From the human T2T-CHM13v2.0 reference genome, Homo sapiens, in the NCBI RefSeq assembly GCF_009914755.1, contig NC_060926.1: a stretch of 64,000 nt of DNA; one strand, given 5' to 3'. Within the stretch, counting starts at the first letter, position 1, and the number at the start of each line of letters is the position of its first letter. Below, one piece after another: positions 13,900-28,868 of the stretch. The notes below the pieces were generated by a model. That model made no database searches and was not told the DNA's origin. It worked only from the letters and a program-made list of their open reading frames with translations. Made by a program: the position numbers and the translations under genes.

Positions 13900-16800
13900 T
13901 GTAGAGCCTCCCTGATTTCTTTAGAGACACCAGCTACAAACTGGTGATCAAATTGACTGAAGGCCAAAGATCACAAATGAAAATGATCAGCAAATAAGTA
14001 CAAAAGGCAACTATTATAATCGCAAAAATGCCGTGAGTTTCTCAAGGTTGTATCTTTCAAGAAAGGAAGGGAAAAGAAAGTTGTATGAGACGTAATGACC
14101 ATACAAGTAAATGGTGCGGACCGCATTCTCCCTTTTTTAATAAATAGCTGACGTATCCTCATGTCACCAAAGAGCAAGAGAGGTGGCACATGGATCACAC
14201 AAGCAACCTGTAATTTATCTGCAGCTAAAAATAAAGATTTCAGAGTACAAACGCTGTGAAACACAGGAGATGTTAAAATAGAAAGAGAGAGAGAGATAAG
14301 GAGAGAAAAAACGAGAGAAAGAAAGAAAAGTTGAGCAGGGTAATTGAGAGAAACAGTCCTCTGGCGAAGACAGCCCTGTCTCTCTGAAATAGTTTATCAA
14401 CTGATTCGGGGGCAGGAGGCTGACTGCAGCAAGCCTAAACGTGATTCCATTTCCCACAATGCCACAGGGTGGTTCACACAGAACAAAGCTCCGCTTCTTT
14501 ACCTAAGAGTGCCAGGTAAGCCGTCGGAAACAGCCACCGTCAGTGGGAGGAAAGCAGATTGCTTTAAGAGAAAAAGGCTTTATTAAAATTCAAAGAAAAA
14601 AATAAGCTGAGATGATTTAGAAAGCATTTATTGAACAAACACTGCTAAAGACATTTCAGCAAACTGTGTGTTTAAAAAGTAATAAATAGCTATTGTGCTT
14701 ACTTCATAAACTTGTCAGACTGTCTTCATTATATTTTCCTGAACAAACTGAATTTCTGTACTGCTCATCCCCAGCCAGTTAATAAATACATCACCCTAAA
14801 AAGTGCTGTGGTATTAAATTTACAGCAGATAAAATATGGATGAAGTTGCTGTGCCTCAGGTACGTCAAGTGTGATTTAATATCTCACACTCCTCTTATGA
14901 GGAGTAAAAGATTATTCGGCTGCTTCAACTGCCGGAGAGCGAGGTGACCTTTGCCCCCAAGTAACAGCCACTCAGCAAATAGCACCAAATGAAGACGGAG
15001 AATAACATATAGATTTGCCGTAAGAAAAAATTGATCTAAATCCATATATCAAATCTGCTGATCAGAGCTCTAGAGAAATGCTTCACAATCCTTAGCAAGC
15101 ACTTGCAGGAAGTTTGGGCAGAAAGAAGACCTTCCTGAAGGTATATAGGATATTTTGTTTTTTCAATTTTTTACTTTGTTACTATTATCCTTATTGGTCT
15201 TTCATATCATTGGAATAAAATCTCCTTAGAATAAAGTGCTCTTTGACTTAATGTCTTAGTGGTGAGTATTTTCTTCTCTCTGGAGAAAGTATAACCTCTT
15301 TGAGCATTTCAGAGATCCGGAGAATCTTATAAATGAAGGCGTTGTTCCCCAGCGAAATTTCTCAACAATCTGATTTAATTTATATCTTTTTTAAAAGTTC
15401 CATCTAAAATGATAAAAAAAAAAATCTCCAAGGAAAACGTTTGTTAGCACAGAAAATAAATTCTTATGATTAACATTCTACCATCCAAAAAGGCTGGTGA
15501 CTGAGAGAGTTCTCTACACTTCAAAGGTAGGAGAGGAATGAGTTTTAAAACAAGGGTAAAAAAAAAGCAAATTGCTGCTGAGCTATTTTTATTTCAAATA
15601 TATAAAAGTAGAGTTGGTAAGTGCCATGTATAAATCTTCAAAGTGCGGATTGCCAAGGGTCTTCCTCCAAAGACTGCTGTGAAAAAATAAACTTCGGCAA
15701 TTAAAGCGGCTTTTTCCTTTCGCCATGAAGTGAGGGAAGTGGCCGGGTGTCCCAGGGGCTCCTGGTATCCTCTGTGTTCCCAGGCAGTGGTGAGCCTTTG
15801 CTAATTTCAAAAATCTCTTCAGCTCTGGGCCTTCGCAAATAAAAGCTTCTGTCACCTCCCCTAAAATGTGACTGCTCCACGGTTTGAGGTTTTGTGTTTG
15901 TTTATTTGTTTTTCACTGGGCACTTTTGTTCTCAGTTGGTAATTGGTTTTACTGAGCCAGAGGGGGCTGGGGACAAGGCTGTTTATTTCAACTTCCTTCA
16001 ATGGTGAATAGTGAGGCACTGGCACTAGCAGATAGGTTCACACAAACGCTATGATTCTTAACATATATGAATTTGGAGGGAAATAGTCCAAAATCAGGTG
16101 AGAGAGGGGATTGAGTAGGGTGGTTTGGTGGTGGGGGTGGGGGGGGGGCGGCGGGGAGGGGGAGGTGTGTGTTTGTGTTTGTGTGCAAGAGCCTATTTAT
16201 AATAGAAGATTTCCTACCACAAATGAACATTCTCTTGAAAGCAGATGTGCTGGACAGGCCTGCACCCCCTTCCTAGACTGGCCCAGATGTCACTGAGTTC
16301 AACGGCTGTTCATCTCTGCACCTTTCCAAATAAGCGCTTTCCCCATTCCAGCTATACAATGGATTGGTCAAGGCAGGGTGACATTTCTTGAGTGACAGAT
16401 GTGTCTACTGCTGTGGCAGCACCAGCCCGCCCACTTGCTGGCAATCTCTGGTTCCAGGAGGAGCAGTACTATTTCCTTTGTTTGCCTCTGTGGGGAGAGG
16501 TGAACAGGGCTGGCTGAGGGTAGGGGTTTGAGAGAAACCGCTGGGAAGAGAGGAAAAGAGAGACCACCTCCTTATGCCAGGGATTATTTTCTTTTTAAAA
16601 TACATATGTGCACATTGTGAACATAGAAGAATTTACGCCAACTGGCAAGGATCTAGAAGTTGTGCAGGGCTGGGAAAGTTTTAAAGGCGTGCAACTTCAA
16701 ATCCCATGACAGAAAGCCTCCTCACGTCAGTCTTTCCCAAATTGACCAGACAGGGAAGGAAAATTGCATTGGGACCACCGAGGAAAGGAAAATGATGTCC

Positions 16801-17700
16801 TGATTTCTAAATATCATAATAGATTCCAAAGGCTAATTTCTCTTTTCAAGCTGCTATTTTATTTTTATTTTTTGTTTCCCTCCTGTCCCCAGCTTATATT
16901 AATAAATCATCTTGTCAACTGTTTCTCAATGTGGAATGTGTTCCTCAAAAATCTGCTGAGAAATCAGATCCCCAGGGATTTACGTGCACCTTGCGCTGTG
17001 ATGATCAGCAAGAGCCCCGCCTGAGTAGGTCCTGAAGGGAGTCTCTTCAATTAAGAGTCTTCCTTTTTCTTTTCATATAAGTTGAATAGATCTACATGTG
17101 AGCAATATTGACTGAGGTTCTGCACTGTATTTGCAAAACTAGCTTTGCGGGGAATAAACTTGACTAACTGGAAATGATCCCATGGTAATTAATTAGCATT
17201 TCAAAACCACAGTGGCCATTTATTTTCTAATTTTTTAAAAAGCTAACAATATCATTAATTATTCCTTTTATGAGTCTTGATAATGGCTGTTTACTGGCAA
17301 TACATTAATATTACACTATCAGGGACATAACACTCCCGCATATCATAGCACTGTTGCTTTCAACAGGCCACAACATCGATCTCTGCAGTTCTATCCTGAG
17401 AAACCCGATTACAGGTGTCACACAAAATCTTGCAACTCCTGGTGCTTCAAGTCAGAGGCATCACTTTTGATTTTTGCCTACCTCTCCTCTGCTAAGGCCC
17501 TTCCCTGGAATGTGCCCTCTTGGCATCAACCTGTAACCGATAAGTCACGATCTCAGCACTTAACGTTTCTAATCCAAAAACCTACTCCAGTCCTACTGTC
17601 AAATGAAGTTGCAACTAATCGTTTATTGTTTAAAGTTTTGCTTTGTTTTTAATTCAACTTAAAACCCAGGTCACATGCTGGTGTATTTTTCAGTAGATTT
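13900..17700. promoter_or_regulatory. Repeat-poor unique island, candidate enhancer/promoter region
   Basis: No recognisable TE over about 3.8 kb; retained CpGs; DR1-like TGACCTTTGCCC at 14945-14956; CRE/ATF-like ACGT cores; G-rich tract at about 16118-16165. Confidence 0.35.
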
Positions 17701-17810
17701 TATTTTTTAGAACAGAACTTTAGAGCCTTCCTGGTACATTTTTAATATTGTCTTTTGATTTGTTTTATTTGTCATTCAATCAATGTCACTGAATATATTT
17801 AGAAATTATA

Positions 17811-18147
<337 letters not shown>

Positions 18148-18969
18148 TTATGGATGAGAATTTGCAGTCCTGAAACAATGATGAAGGAAAAATATCATTT
18201 AGAATTGTAATGATGCTATGACTAAAAAAAAATATATATGAAAAGCTAAAGAATAGAACAGACATAGAAATAAAGATCCTTAGAATTTACAAAGAAACTA
18301 CATTATTCAATGTTGTCCTTAGGGAAAAAAAAGCCTTATAGGTAAAATTAGTGGATGAAAAGGAAAAAATAGTTTTTGAGTATTTACTATATGTCTACAC
18401 ACATCTAGTGGCCCCTCTAAAATGTTGTACCAAATAATACCCTTCAGATCCATTTAGGAGAGAACACCCACTTTCACAAATATGAAAAATGCTGATTATT
18501 CTCATTATTTTAAATTTGTGATAAATTATATCATGCTTTAAGTTGTAATTAACTGATTTCTGATGTTTGAAGTTTTTTGCATGTATTTTTCTCTAGTGAC
18601 CTTCTTCATGACTTTATTTGTCTGTTAGGATATTCATTTTTTTTCTTATTGATGTAGAAAAGCTGCTTTATATTTAAGAATGAATGTTAACTTTTGTCAT
18701 TTAATTACAAGAATGTTCTCCAAGTTTGTTATTTGCCTTCTATTTTTGAATTAATTTTGCTTTGTTAGTTGTTATTGTAATATAGAAACTAGGGGTGGGA
18801 GTTGCTTAATTTTTGTATATTATAGTATGGTAGAATGTATTAGACTTTCCTTTACACTTTCTGTCTCTAGTGTAATTCAATGTAGGCTCTCCCATCCACT
18901 TCAACATTATATATTCACCTTGTATTAGTCAGGGTTCTCTAGAGGGACAGAACTAATGGAATACATATA

Positions 18970-19400
<431 letters not shown>

Positions 19401-20306
19401 TTATAAGGTCCCACAATAGGCTGTCTGCAGGCTGCAGGCTGAGGAGCAAGGAGAACCAGTCTGAGTTTCAAAACTGAAGAACGTGGAGTCTGATGTTCAA
19501 GGGCAGGAAGCATCCAGCACGGGAGAAAGATGTAGCCTGGGAGGCTAGGCTAGTCTCTCTTTTCACGCTTTTCTGCCTGCTTTTATTCTAGCTGCACTGG
19601 CAGTTGATTAGGTGGTGCCCACCCAGATTACGGGTGGGTCTGCCTTTCCCAGCCCACTGACTCAAATGTTAATCTCCTTTGGCAACACTCTCACAGACAC
19701 ATCCAGGATCAATACTTTGTATCCTTCAATCCAATCAAGTTGACACCCAGTATTAACCATCACAAGCCCACCCCTTGTCAACTTGAACCCATATACATCT
19801 CCTGAGATCATACATAATCTTCAAATAAAGACAATAATAAGGTCATAACATAACATAATACAGCTATGCTTTGTACAACCAGAAACGTACCAATCCCCAA
19901 CCCAAATATTACTACATAAAGTTAACAATACTTAAATGCTGATGTGAACTCAATAAATTTTGTATCATATGATAAAGAAGAAAGTAAATAAAATAGTTTC
20001 TTAGTCCAAGTGTATATATGCACAAACGTTTTTAACAAAAGAAGGAAGAAATACTCCTGACAATTACAGTCCTCATTTCTGCACCTGGTCATGTGGTCGT
20101 AGCTGTTATTGATGACTACCTTCTTCTACCCATTCTGTATTCCCTTTGACTTCAGCAAGCACCTCAGCATGTCATGTTTTTTTCCTGGTGGAGTGACCCA
20201 AACCTTCATTCCTGAGGGGTCTGGGTCATTCATAGTCCTGCTGGATTGAGCTGTTGTAGTTCCCCATTGACCTTAATCACAGGGCATGGTAATACTAAGA
20301 GACGCC

Positions 20307-20585
20307 CTAATGGATCTCCTGTATTCCATGCATACTCTTCCTTACGTCTGTTGTGGAGTAGTAGACTGGTTTCATCTTGATAGTTGGGTTGATCACCCCA
20401 ACCATTACTGTAACTCCCTTCTTAGCCTGTTGACTTAAAGGTAGGAGGAACCCAAAACATCCAGGTGGCAATCTTATCTTCCAGTTTAATGGAATCGTTG
20501 TTGTGTCTCCTGGTAGCAATATTCCTCCCTCTGGAACTAAGACATCTAGGCCAGCAGATCGTAATGTTGTGGGAACAGAAAGCAA
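20307..20585 (-). pseudogene. HERV-L dUTPase remnant
   Basis: SAGLDVLVPEGGILLPGDTTTIPLNWKIRLPPG...GVI dUTPase motifs downstream of integrase. Confidence 0.85.
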
Positions 20586-23190
20586 AATTTTGCTAGTGGA
20601 TCACTAGGGGTGATGGTGAGTGGTGCCACTTCCACGTCCACCCCTTGATTCCTGGACCTGTGAATCCTGGCTATGGGAGAAACAGTACCATATATTGGAC
20701 ACTGATTCAGAGCATACATGGCATTCTGGAGAACTTTGCCCCAGCCCTGCAAAGTATTGTCACCTAGTTGACATTGAAATTGTGACTTCAAAAGGATATT
20801 CCACTGTTCTATCAATCCAGCTGCTTCAGGATGATGGAGAACATGGTAAGACCACTGAATTCCATGAGCATGAGCCCACTGCTGCACTTCTTTAGCCATA
20901 AAGTGAATGCCTTGGTCAGAGACAATGCTGTGTGGAATACCATGACCATGGATAAGGCATTCCATGAGTCCACAGATGGTAGTCTTGGCAGAAGCATTGC
21001 ATGCAGGATACGCAAACCCGTACCTGGAGTAAGTATCTATTCCAGTGAGGACAAGTGTCTGCCCTTTCCATGATGGAGGAGGTCCAATATAATCAACCTG
21101 CCACCAGGTAGCTGGCTGATCACCCCGAGAAATGGTGCCATACCGAGGGATCAGTGTTGGTCTGGCAAACTGAACACTCAGCAGTGGTTGTAACCAGGTC
21201 AGCCTTAATGAGCGCAAGTCCATGTTGCTGAGCCCATACGTAACTTCCATCCCTGCTACCATGGTCACTTTGTTCATGGGCCCACTGGGGGATGACAGGG
21301 GTGGCTGGGAAAAGAGGCTGAGTGGTGTCCACAGAATGGGTCATCCTATCCACTTGATTATTAAAATCCTCCCCTGCTGAAGTCACCCATTGGTGAGCAC
21401 TCACATGGGATACAAATATCTTCACAGTTTTTGACCTCTCAGAGAGGCCCATCCACATACCTCTTCCCCAGATTTCTTTGTCACCAACTTTCCAGTCATG
21501 CTTCTTCCAAGTCCCTGACCACCCAGCCAAACCACTGGCTACAGCCCATGAATCAATACATAATCGCTCATCTGGCACCATTTCTCCTTTCATGCAAAGT
21601 GCACAACCAGGTGCACTGCGAGAAGTTCTGCCCACTGGAAAGATTTCCCTTCCCCACTGCCCTTCAGGGATGTCCTAGAAAGGGGCAGTAGTGTTGCAGC
21701 TGTCCACTTTCGGGTGTTGCCTGCATATCGTACAGAACCATCTCTGAACCAGGCCCTAGCCTTCTCTTCCTCTGTCAACTGATCATACAGAACTACCGTT
21801 GAGGACATCAGTGCAGGCTGGGGGAGAGAAGGCAGGGTGGCAGGAGTGGAGACCATGGGCATCTGAGCCATTTCCTCATGTAGCTTACTTGTGCCTTCAG
21901 GACCTGCTGGAGCCTGATCACATGCATACCACCTCCATTTGGTGATGGAATGCTGCTGTGCATGACCCACTTTATGGCTAGATGGATCAGAAAGCACCCA
22001 GTTCATGATAAACAGTTCAGGTCGCATGATGACTTGATGATCCATAGTCAAATGTTCAGTTTTCACTAAAGCCCAGTAACAGGCCAAGAGCTGTCTCTCA
22101 AAAGGAGAGTAGTTATCTGCAGAAGATGGCAGGGCCTTTCTCCAAAATCCTAGAGGCCCATGCTGTGACTCACCTATGGGAGCCTGCCAAAGGCTCCAAA
22201 CAGCATCCCTATCTGCCACTGACACCTCAAGCACCATTGGATCTGCTGGGTCATATGGCCCACGTGGCAGAGCAGCTTGCACAGCAGTCTGGACCTGTTG
22301 CAGAGCCTTCTCCTGATCTGGACCCCACTCAAAACTGGCAGTCTTTCAGGTCACTTGATAAATGGGCTGGAGCAACACACACCCAGATGAGGAATGTGCT
22401 GCCTCCAAAATCCAAATAGGCCCACCAGGCGTTGTGCCTCTTTCTTGGTCGTAGGAGGGGCCAAATGCAGCAACTGATTCTTCGCCTTAGAAGTAATATC
22501 TCAACAGGCCCCACACCACTGGATGCCTAGAAATTTTCCTGAGGTAGAAGGTCCCTGAATTTTAGTTGGATTTATTTCCTATCCTCTGGCATGCAAATGT
22601 CTCACCAATAAGTCCAGTGTGTCTGCTACTTCTTGCTCACTGGATCCAATCAGCATAATGTCATCAATGTAATAAACCAGTGTGATATTTTGTGGAAGCG
22701 AAAAGCTATCAAGTCCTCTCCGAATAAGATTATGACACAAAGCCAGAGAGGTGATATACCCCTGAGGTAGGACAGTAAAGGTATATTGCTGGCCTTACCA
22801 GCCGATGGCAAATCCCTTCTGGTGGGCCTTATGGACAGGAATGGAGAAAAAGGCATTTGCCAAGTCAATGGCTGCATAGCAGGTACCAGGAGATGCGTTA
22901 ATTTGCTGAAGCAATGAAACCACATCTGGTACAGCAGCTGCAATTGGAGTCACCACTTGGTTAACCTTACAATAATCCACTGTCATTCTCCAAGATCCAT
23001 CTATCTTCTACACAGGCCAAATGGGAGATTTGAATGGGGATATGGTGGGAATCACCACCCCTGCATCTTTCAAGACCTTGATGGTGGCACTAATCGCTGT
23101 AATCCCTCCAGGGATGCAATACTGTTTTTGATTTACTATTTTTCTAGGTAGAGGCAGCTCTAATGGCTTCCTTTTGGCCTTTCTCACCAT
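20546..23190 (-). pseudogene. HERV-L pol (RT, RNase H, integrase), frameshifted
   Basis: RT motifs (TVDYCKVN, IDLANAFFSIP, YIDD near 22660), RNase H (WFRDGS, QWAEL), integrase (WQVDYIGP, SDQG, GLIEQWN). Confidence 0.92.
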
Positions 23191-23340
23191 AATAGCCCTC
23201 TACCTACCAGTCAGGGAGCCGATGTGGGGGTTCTGCCAGCTGCTAAGTATGTCTATGCCAATTATGCATTCTGGCATTGAGGAAATGACCACAGGATGAG
23301 TCCAGGGACACACTGGACCCACTGTAAGTCAGATCTGAGC

Positions 23341-23586
23341 TTAAACTCCATTAATTACCTCACCTCCATAAGCTCCTACTTTAACTGGAGGACCACAATG
23401 ATGTTTTGGGTTCCCCGGAATCAATGACAACTCAGAGTTAGTATCCAGTAGTCCAAGAAATGTCTGATCATTTCCCTTTCCCCAGTGCACAGATACCCTG
23501 GTAAAAGGCCAGAGGTCTCCTTGGGGAAGGATGGGAGAAAAATTAAATGCATGAATTGTGGGTAATGTAGTGGGGTTCTTCCTCAA
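23341..23586 (-). pseudogene. HERV-L protease remnant
   Basis: LLDTNSELSLIPG, a degenerate aspartic protease D-T-G motif. Confidence 0.8.
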
Positions 23587-23599
23587 GGGGACCTGGCCT

Positions 23600-25249
23600 C
23601 CCCTTCATTCAAGGGATTCTAGCTCAAGTCTGGAAATTGATTGAGGGGCTGTGATTCTGTGTCATTATAATTTGAATTAGTCTTTTGTCCATTCAACCTA
23701 GAAGTTTTCTGCTTGTATAAATTAAGTAGGATTGCAGTAGACTTCTTATTGATTTTAATTCTAAGAACACCGTGATTAATTAGCCAATGCCAGAGTTCTA
23801 CATGAGTCAGACTATTATGATTATTCTGATTGCTGCTTTGCCTCTGCTATCCATTATGGTAGCTATGCCCATCTTGCCTTTAATGGTTGAGTGCCACCAC
23901 TTGGCCCCTGCCACCTCAAGATCCAATTATTCCCATTGTATTTAAATTGTATAGTTGAGTGACTGTGGTTCCTACTGTTAGATCTAACATACAGAGAAGA
24001 GCAATTACAGGGCTCTTCAAAGATGCAGGTTCTGCCCTTGCAAATCTATTTTGCAAGGCATTGGGATGAGTAGATCTAAAGTTACTAAACCACTCCACCA
24101 TCCCAATTTCCCTAAGGCTTTGGATCCCTTCCTCTACATTAAACCAAGGGAGATCAGGCATTTCCAGCTCCCTCACGGTGGGCCATAATTTAATCCATAT
24201 TTCAGCTAACCAAGCAAATTAACTATTAGAGCCTTTTTTAACTCCCCACACTGCAACATTAAATGCAGAGTCCCTACTTAGTGGGCCCAAATCAATAAAT
24301 TCAGCCTGATCCAACTATATGTTCCTTCCACCATTATCCCAGATCTGTAACATCTATTCCCATGACTGTTCTCCAGATTTCTGTTCATATAAATTAGAAA
24401 ACTCAAGCAGTTCTTTTCAAGTGTAGCACACCTCCTCATGGATCATACTCTCAATCTCACCTCTAGGGGCCCACCAGGACTTTAGCCTAGTTATAGGTCT
24501 AGAAGCAAACACGGGTGTTGTGGGTGGCTCCTGAGGAGAATCAACATTATCTTGCCTGACAACTGTCTCAGGGAGGCCATCATTGTTGCCTCAGGCAGCA
24601 CAGGGTTTATCTCCTCAGACAAAGTTGTAAAGGCTGATGGCAGCATGGTTCGGGGAGGGGACGTTGCCAGTACTGGAGTTGGGGAAGCTGCTCCTTCTGG
24701 CAAAAAGAGTTCATCAGAGTTTACAAACTCAGTGTCCCTAGCTTCATCAGGGTCCTCCCACACATCTGCATTGCAAGTTGCGGGGTCTCATTCTTTTCCA
24801 ATCAATGCCCTCACTTTAACAGTAGACACCTGGCAAGGCTGTGCATGAACCTTTTGTTGCAGGTTAGCCACTCACATGATAAGAGCTTCTGTCTGTTTTT
24901 CCACAATTTCAGTTCTTTCTCTATAGGAGATAAAACTCTCACTCAGGGCAATCTTAGCAGATTTGAGGCTTAGTATCTGCTTCTGAAGCCGGAAGATAGA
25001 ATTCCTGAGTTCATCATTTTCTGTCATCACTTTGTCCACTGAACTTAGGAACAACCAACCAGCTTCATTATGTTCCTTGGTTCTCCACATATGGTCAAAG
25101 GTATTATGTATAGAGTCACTAAACTCCTTGCCTCTCATGAGTGATGAATCAGGAGTGTCAAATGCATTTATTTTGCATAAGTCTCTGAACAGTTCATGCC
25201 AAGGACTCTCAGTGTTCTCCATACTGTTAGAAGTAAGAGTCCTTAGCAT
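23600..25249 (-). pseudogene. HERV-L gag remnant
   Basis: Fragments SPWHELFRDLCKI..., WEDPDEARDTEFVNSDE, ELEMPDLPWFNVEEGIQ, lying between the PBS and protease. Confidence 0.8.
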
Positions 25250-25334
25250 TTAGGGGTCTAATTATATTAAGTAGTCAACTCCAGAAACCCCAAAACCAAC
25301 AAAAGAACTCCATCTTTAATATTCTGTTCCTCTA

Positions 25335-25352
25335 GAACCACTCCTGGTACCA
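25335..25352 (-). other. Primer-binding site, tRNA-Leu type
   Basis: Minus strand TGGTACCAGGAGTGGTTC just inside the 5' LTR. Confidence 0.85.
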
Positions 25353-25357
25353 AAATC

Positions 25358-25814
25358 TGTATTAGTCAGGGTTCTCTAGAGAGATAGAATTAATGGAATA
25401 TGTATACATACACACATACATACATAAAGGAGAGTTTATTAAGTACCAACTCTCATGATCACAAGGTCCCACAGTAGGCCATCTGCAGGCTGAGAAGCAA
25501 GGAGAGCCAGTCCAATTCCAAAACTGAAGAACTTGGAGTCCAATGTTCAAGAGCAAGAAGCATCCTGCACGGGAGAAAGATGTAGGCTGGGAGGCTAGGC
25601 CAGTCTCTCTTTTCACATTTTTCTGCCTGCTTTTATTCTAGCTGCATTGGCAGATGATTAGATGGTGCCCACCCAGGTTAAGGGTCAGTCTGCCTTTCCC
25701 AGCCCACTGACTCAAATGTTAATCTCCTTTGGCAACACCCTCACAGACACATCCAGGATCAATACTTTGTATCTTTCAATCCAATCGAGTTGACACTCAG
25801 TGTTACCCATCACA
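25358..25814 (-). mobile_element. HERV-L 5' LTR (MLT2A1-like)
   Basis: TG...CA termini, roughly 90% identical by eye to the 3' LTR. Confidence 0.93.
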
Positions 25815-26213
25815 CACCTATATTTTCTTCTCATATTTGGTTCCAATAATCCGAATATTTTTGTACAATTGTCATGCAGTTTTCATCCCTGTGGTATATT
25901 TTGATATCTGTTAAAACAAATTTTTCCTCATTTATATTTTCAAGATTTCCTCTGCATTCTGGAGTATTTAGTCTTACAATTGGATGACTTAGAATAATGT
26001 TAGATTCCAAATTCTGATTGACAGTTTTACTAAAATTTTATGAAATTTGTTTTTTTACTTGAAAAAAGTTAATGTTTTTGCCATTACTGAGTCTTCCCAT
26101 CCAGGACACTGCAATCTTTTTATTCATGCTGGTCTTTTTATTATATTATTCATTAGAGTTTTCATATCTTATTTTCAGTCTGGTACTTTACTTTCCAAAC
26201 ATACTCCTGACTA

Positions 26214-26465
<252 letters not shown>

Positions 26466-27405
26466 TTATTTTCTTACCAGCTGAAGTTTCTTACTATTAT
26501 TCCACATAGTTATTCAGTTGCCTCCTTTTTATTTCACAGGTCCATAGTCACATCATCTACAAATAATAATTTTATCTCTCTTTTCTTAATATTTACATAC
26601 CATATTTTGCATTTTTATCTAATTGTATTGGCTGGCTTTTTCTGAAAAAATAAATTTACAATGAATTAAATAAATTAAAAAATTAAATAACAAGGTGTGT
26701 GTGCTTGCTTTCTCCTGCATTTAAAGAAATACTTTCACTACTTCACTATAAAATAGGATGCTATTATTTGGTTTGAGATATTCTATATCCCTTTTGCTAT
26801 AAGTTATAATCAAGAATGGAGGTTAAATTTTACATAATGATTCATTAACTTCAATGAGATACTGTTTCTTTTTTTCTATAGATAAAATAAATGATACTAA
26901 TAGATTTGAAGACATCTTTACATTTCTGAGATAAACTTTAATTTTGCAGGGTGGATTAAAATGATTAAATACTACTGAATTCATTGTAGTAATGCTTTAC
27001 TTAGGAATTTTGTGTTTATGTTCAAAAGTGATATCAATCAATGGTTTCCTCTTCTCTGTTCAATTCTTGGCAAGATTTGTTATCAGAATTTCTCTACCTC
27101 GATAAAAATATTGCAAAACGTGCTTTATTTTTATCCTATACATCGGTTTATATAATTTGGAAAATAATTGTTCCTTGAAGTTGTAAACGATCCCGCTGGG
27201 CCTAGAACCAGCTTTTTCCAAATGAATACTATTGACATCATGACTGGATTTCCCATGTTTCCCAGACCTCTCTATATAATTTTTCTTCTGGGAATTTTAT
27301 CCTGACTTACTATGATTCCATTATTGTATCTTTCTTCTTTTAGGCTTTATAATATTTGCATTCCACCAATCAAATCAGCAATTGTTGCTAACAGATTTGT
27401 TTAAA

Positions 27406-27813
27406 TGTTAATGTGGTATGTATATTTGTCCCCTTCAAATCTCATGTTGAAATGTAATCCCCAATGTTGAGAGTGGGGCCTAGTGGGAGGTATTTGGGCC
27501 ATGGGGGCAGCTTCCTCAAGAGTGACTTGATGACTTCCTCACAGTTATGAGGTCATGGGAGAGCTGGTTGTTTAAGATAAAACAGCCTGGCGCCTCCCCC
27601 TTCCCTCTCTTGCTCCCTCTCCCACCATGTGATGTGCCAGCCCCACTTCACCTTCTGCCATGATTGTAAGCTTCCCGAGGTCTCACCAGAAGCCAGCAGG
27701 TTCTGGCACCATGCTTGTACAACCCGCAAAACCATGAGTCAAATAAACCTCTTTTCTTTATAAATTCCTCAGTCTCAGGTATTCCTTTATACTAATACAA
27801 ATGAACTAACACA
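27406..27813 (+). mobile_element. MSTB-like MaLR solo LTR
   Basis: CAAATCTCATGTTGAAATGTAATCCCCAATGTTG...CAGTCTCAGGTATTCCTTTATA...AACTAACACA. Confidence 0.85.
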
Positions 27814-28458
27814 AATGGTACTATGCTCACTACTGATTCTTTTACATTTAGGTTTCCAAGCTCATGAGTTTCAAAATGCATCGTTCACTTAGTACCTCAA
27901 TTGACTTTATTATATCTGTAAATATTTTTTTCAGAAATGAAACATTATTGCTTAACTTCCTTCTAGGCTCCTTCTACCTCTGATATCTTTCTGTGGTTTT
28001 CAGACATAAACATCATCTGCTTGGTATAGAATTTAACGGACATATCACTTTTTTCCCAAACTCTATAGATAATGCCTTATTGTTTTCTGGCATGTAATTT
28101 GTGTAAAACACAATGGCTAGCTTGAGTTTGTAAATGTTTTTTCAAACCTGTATTTTAATCATATTTTATGTTTTTGCCTGCCTGAGAGATTTGTATACAC
28201 TTAAAATTCAACTGTTTGAGCAAGATATTTCCAAGTATTGGTGTTTACTCCCTACCCAGAGAGTCTTTTTAATCAGGGTGACTAAAGAACAAAGAAGAGA
28301 AATCACAGCCTTTAGGAAACTCCAATGCCTTTTCTGTCATTACAGTTCTGTTCTTATCATTAGATTCTTTTTAGGGATCTGTGTATTGTCTCATCTGGGG
28401 GAAAATATATACTTTGGAAAAAAAATGTTTTACCTTCATTTTCCAATTATAATTTTGA

Positions 28459-28868
<410 letters not shown>

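Noticed and set aside
13971-14264. 97-aa minus-strand ORF next to the strong acceptor
   Set aside because: No recognisable domain and no clear downstream donor; cannot be called coding
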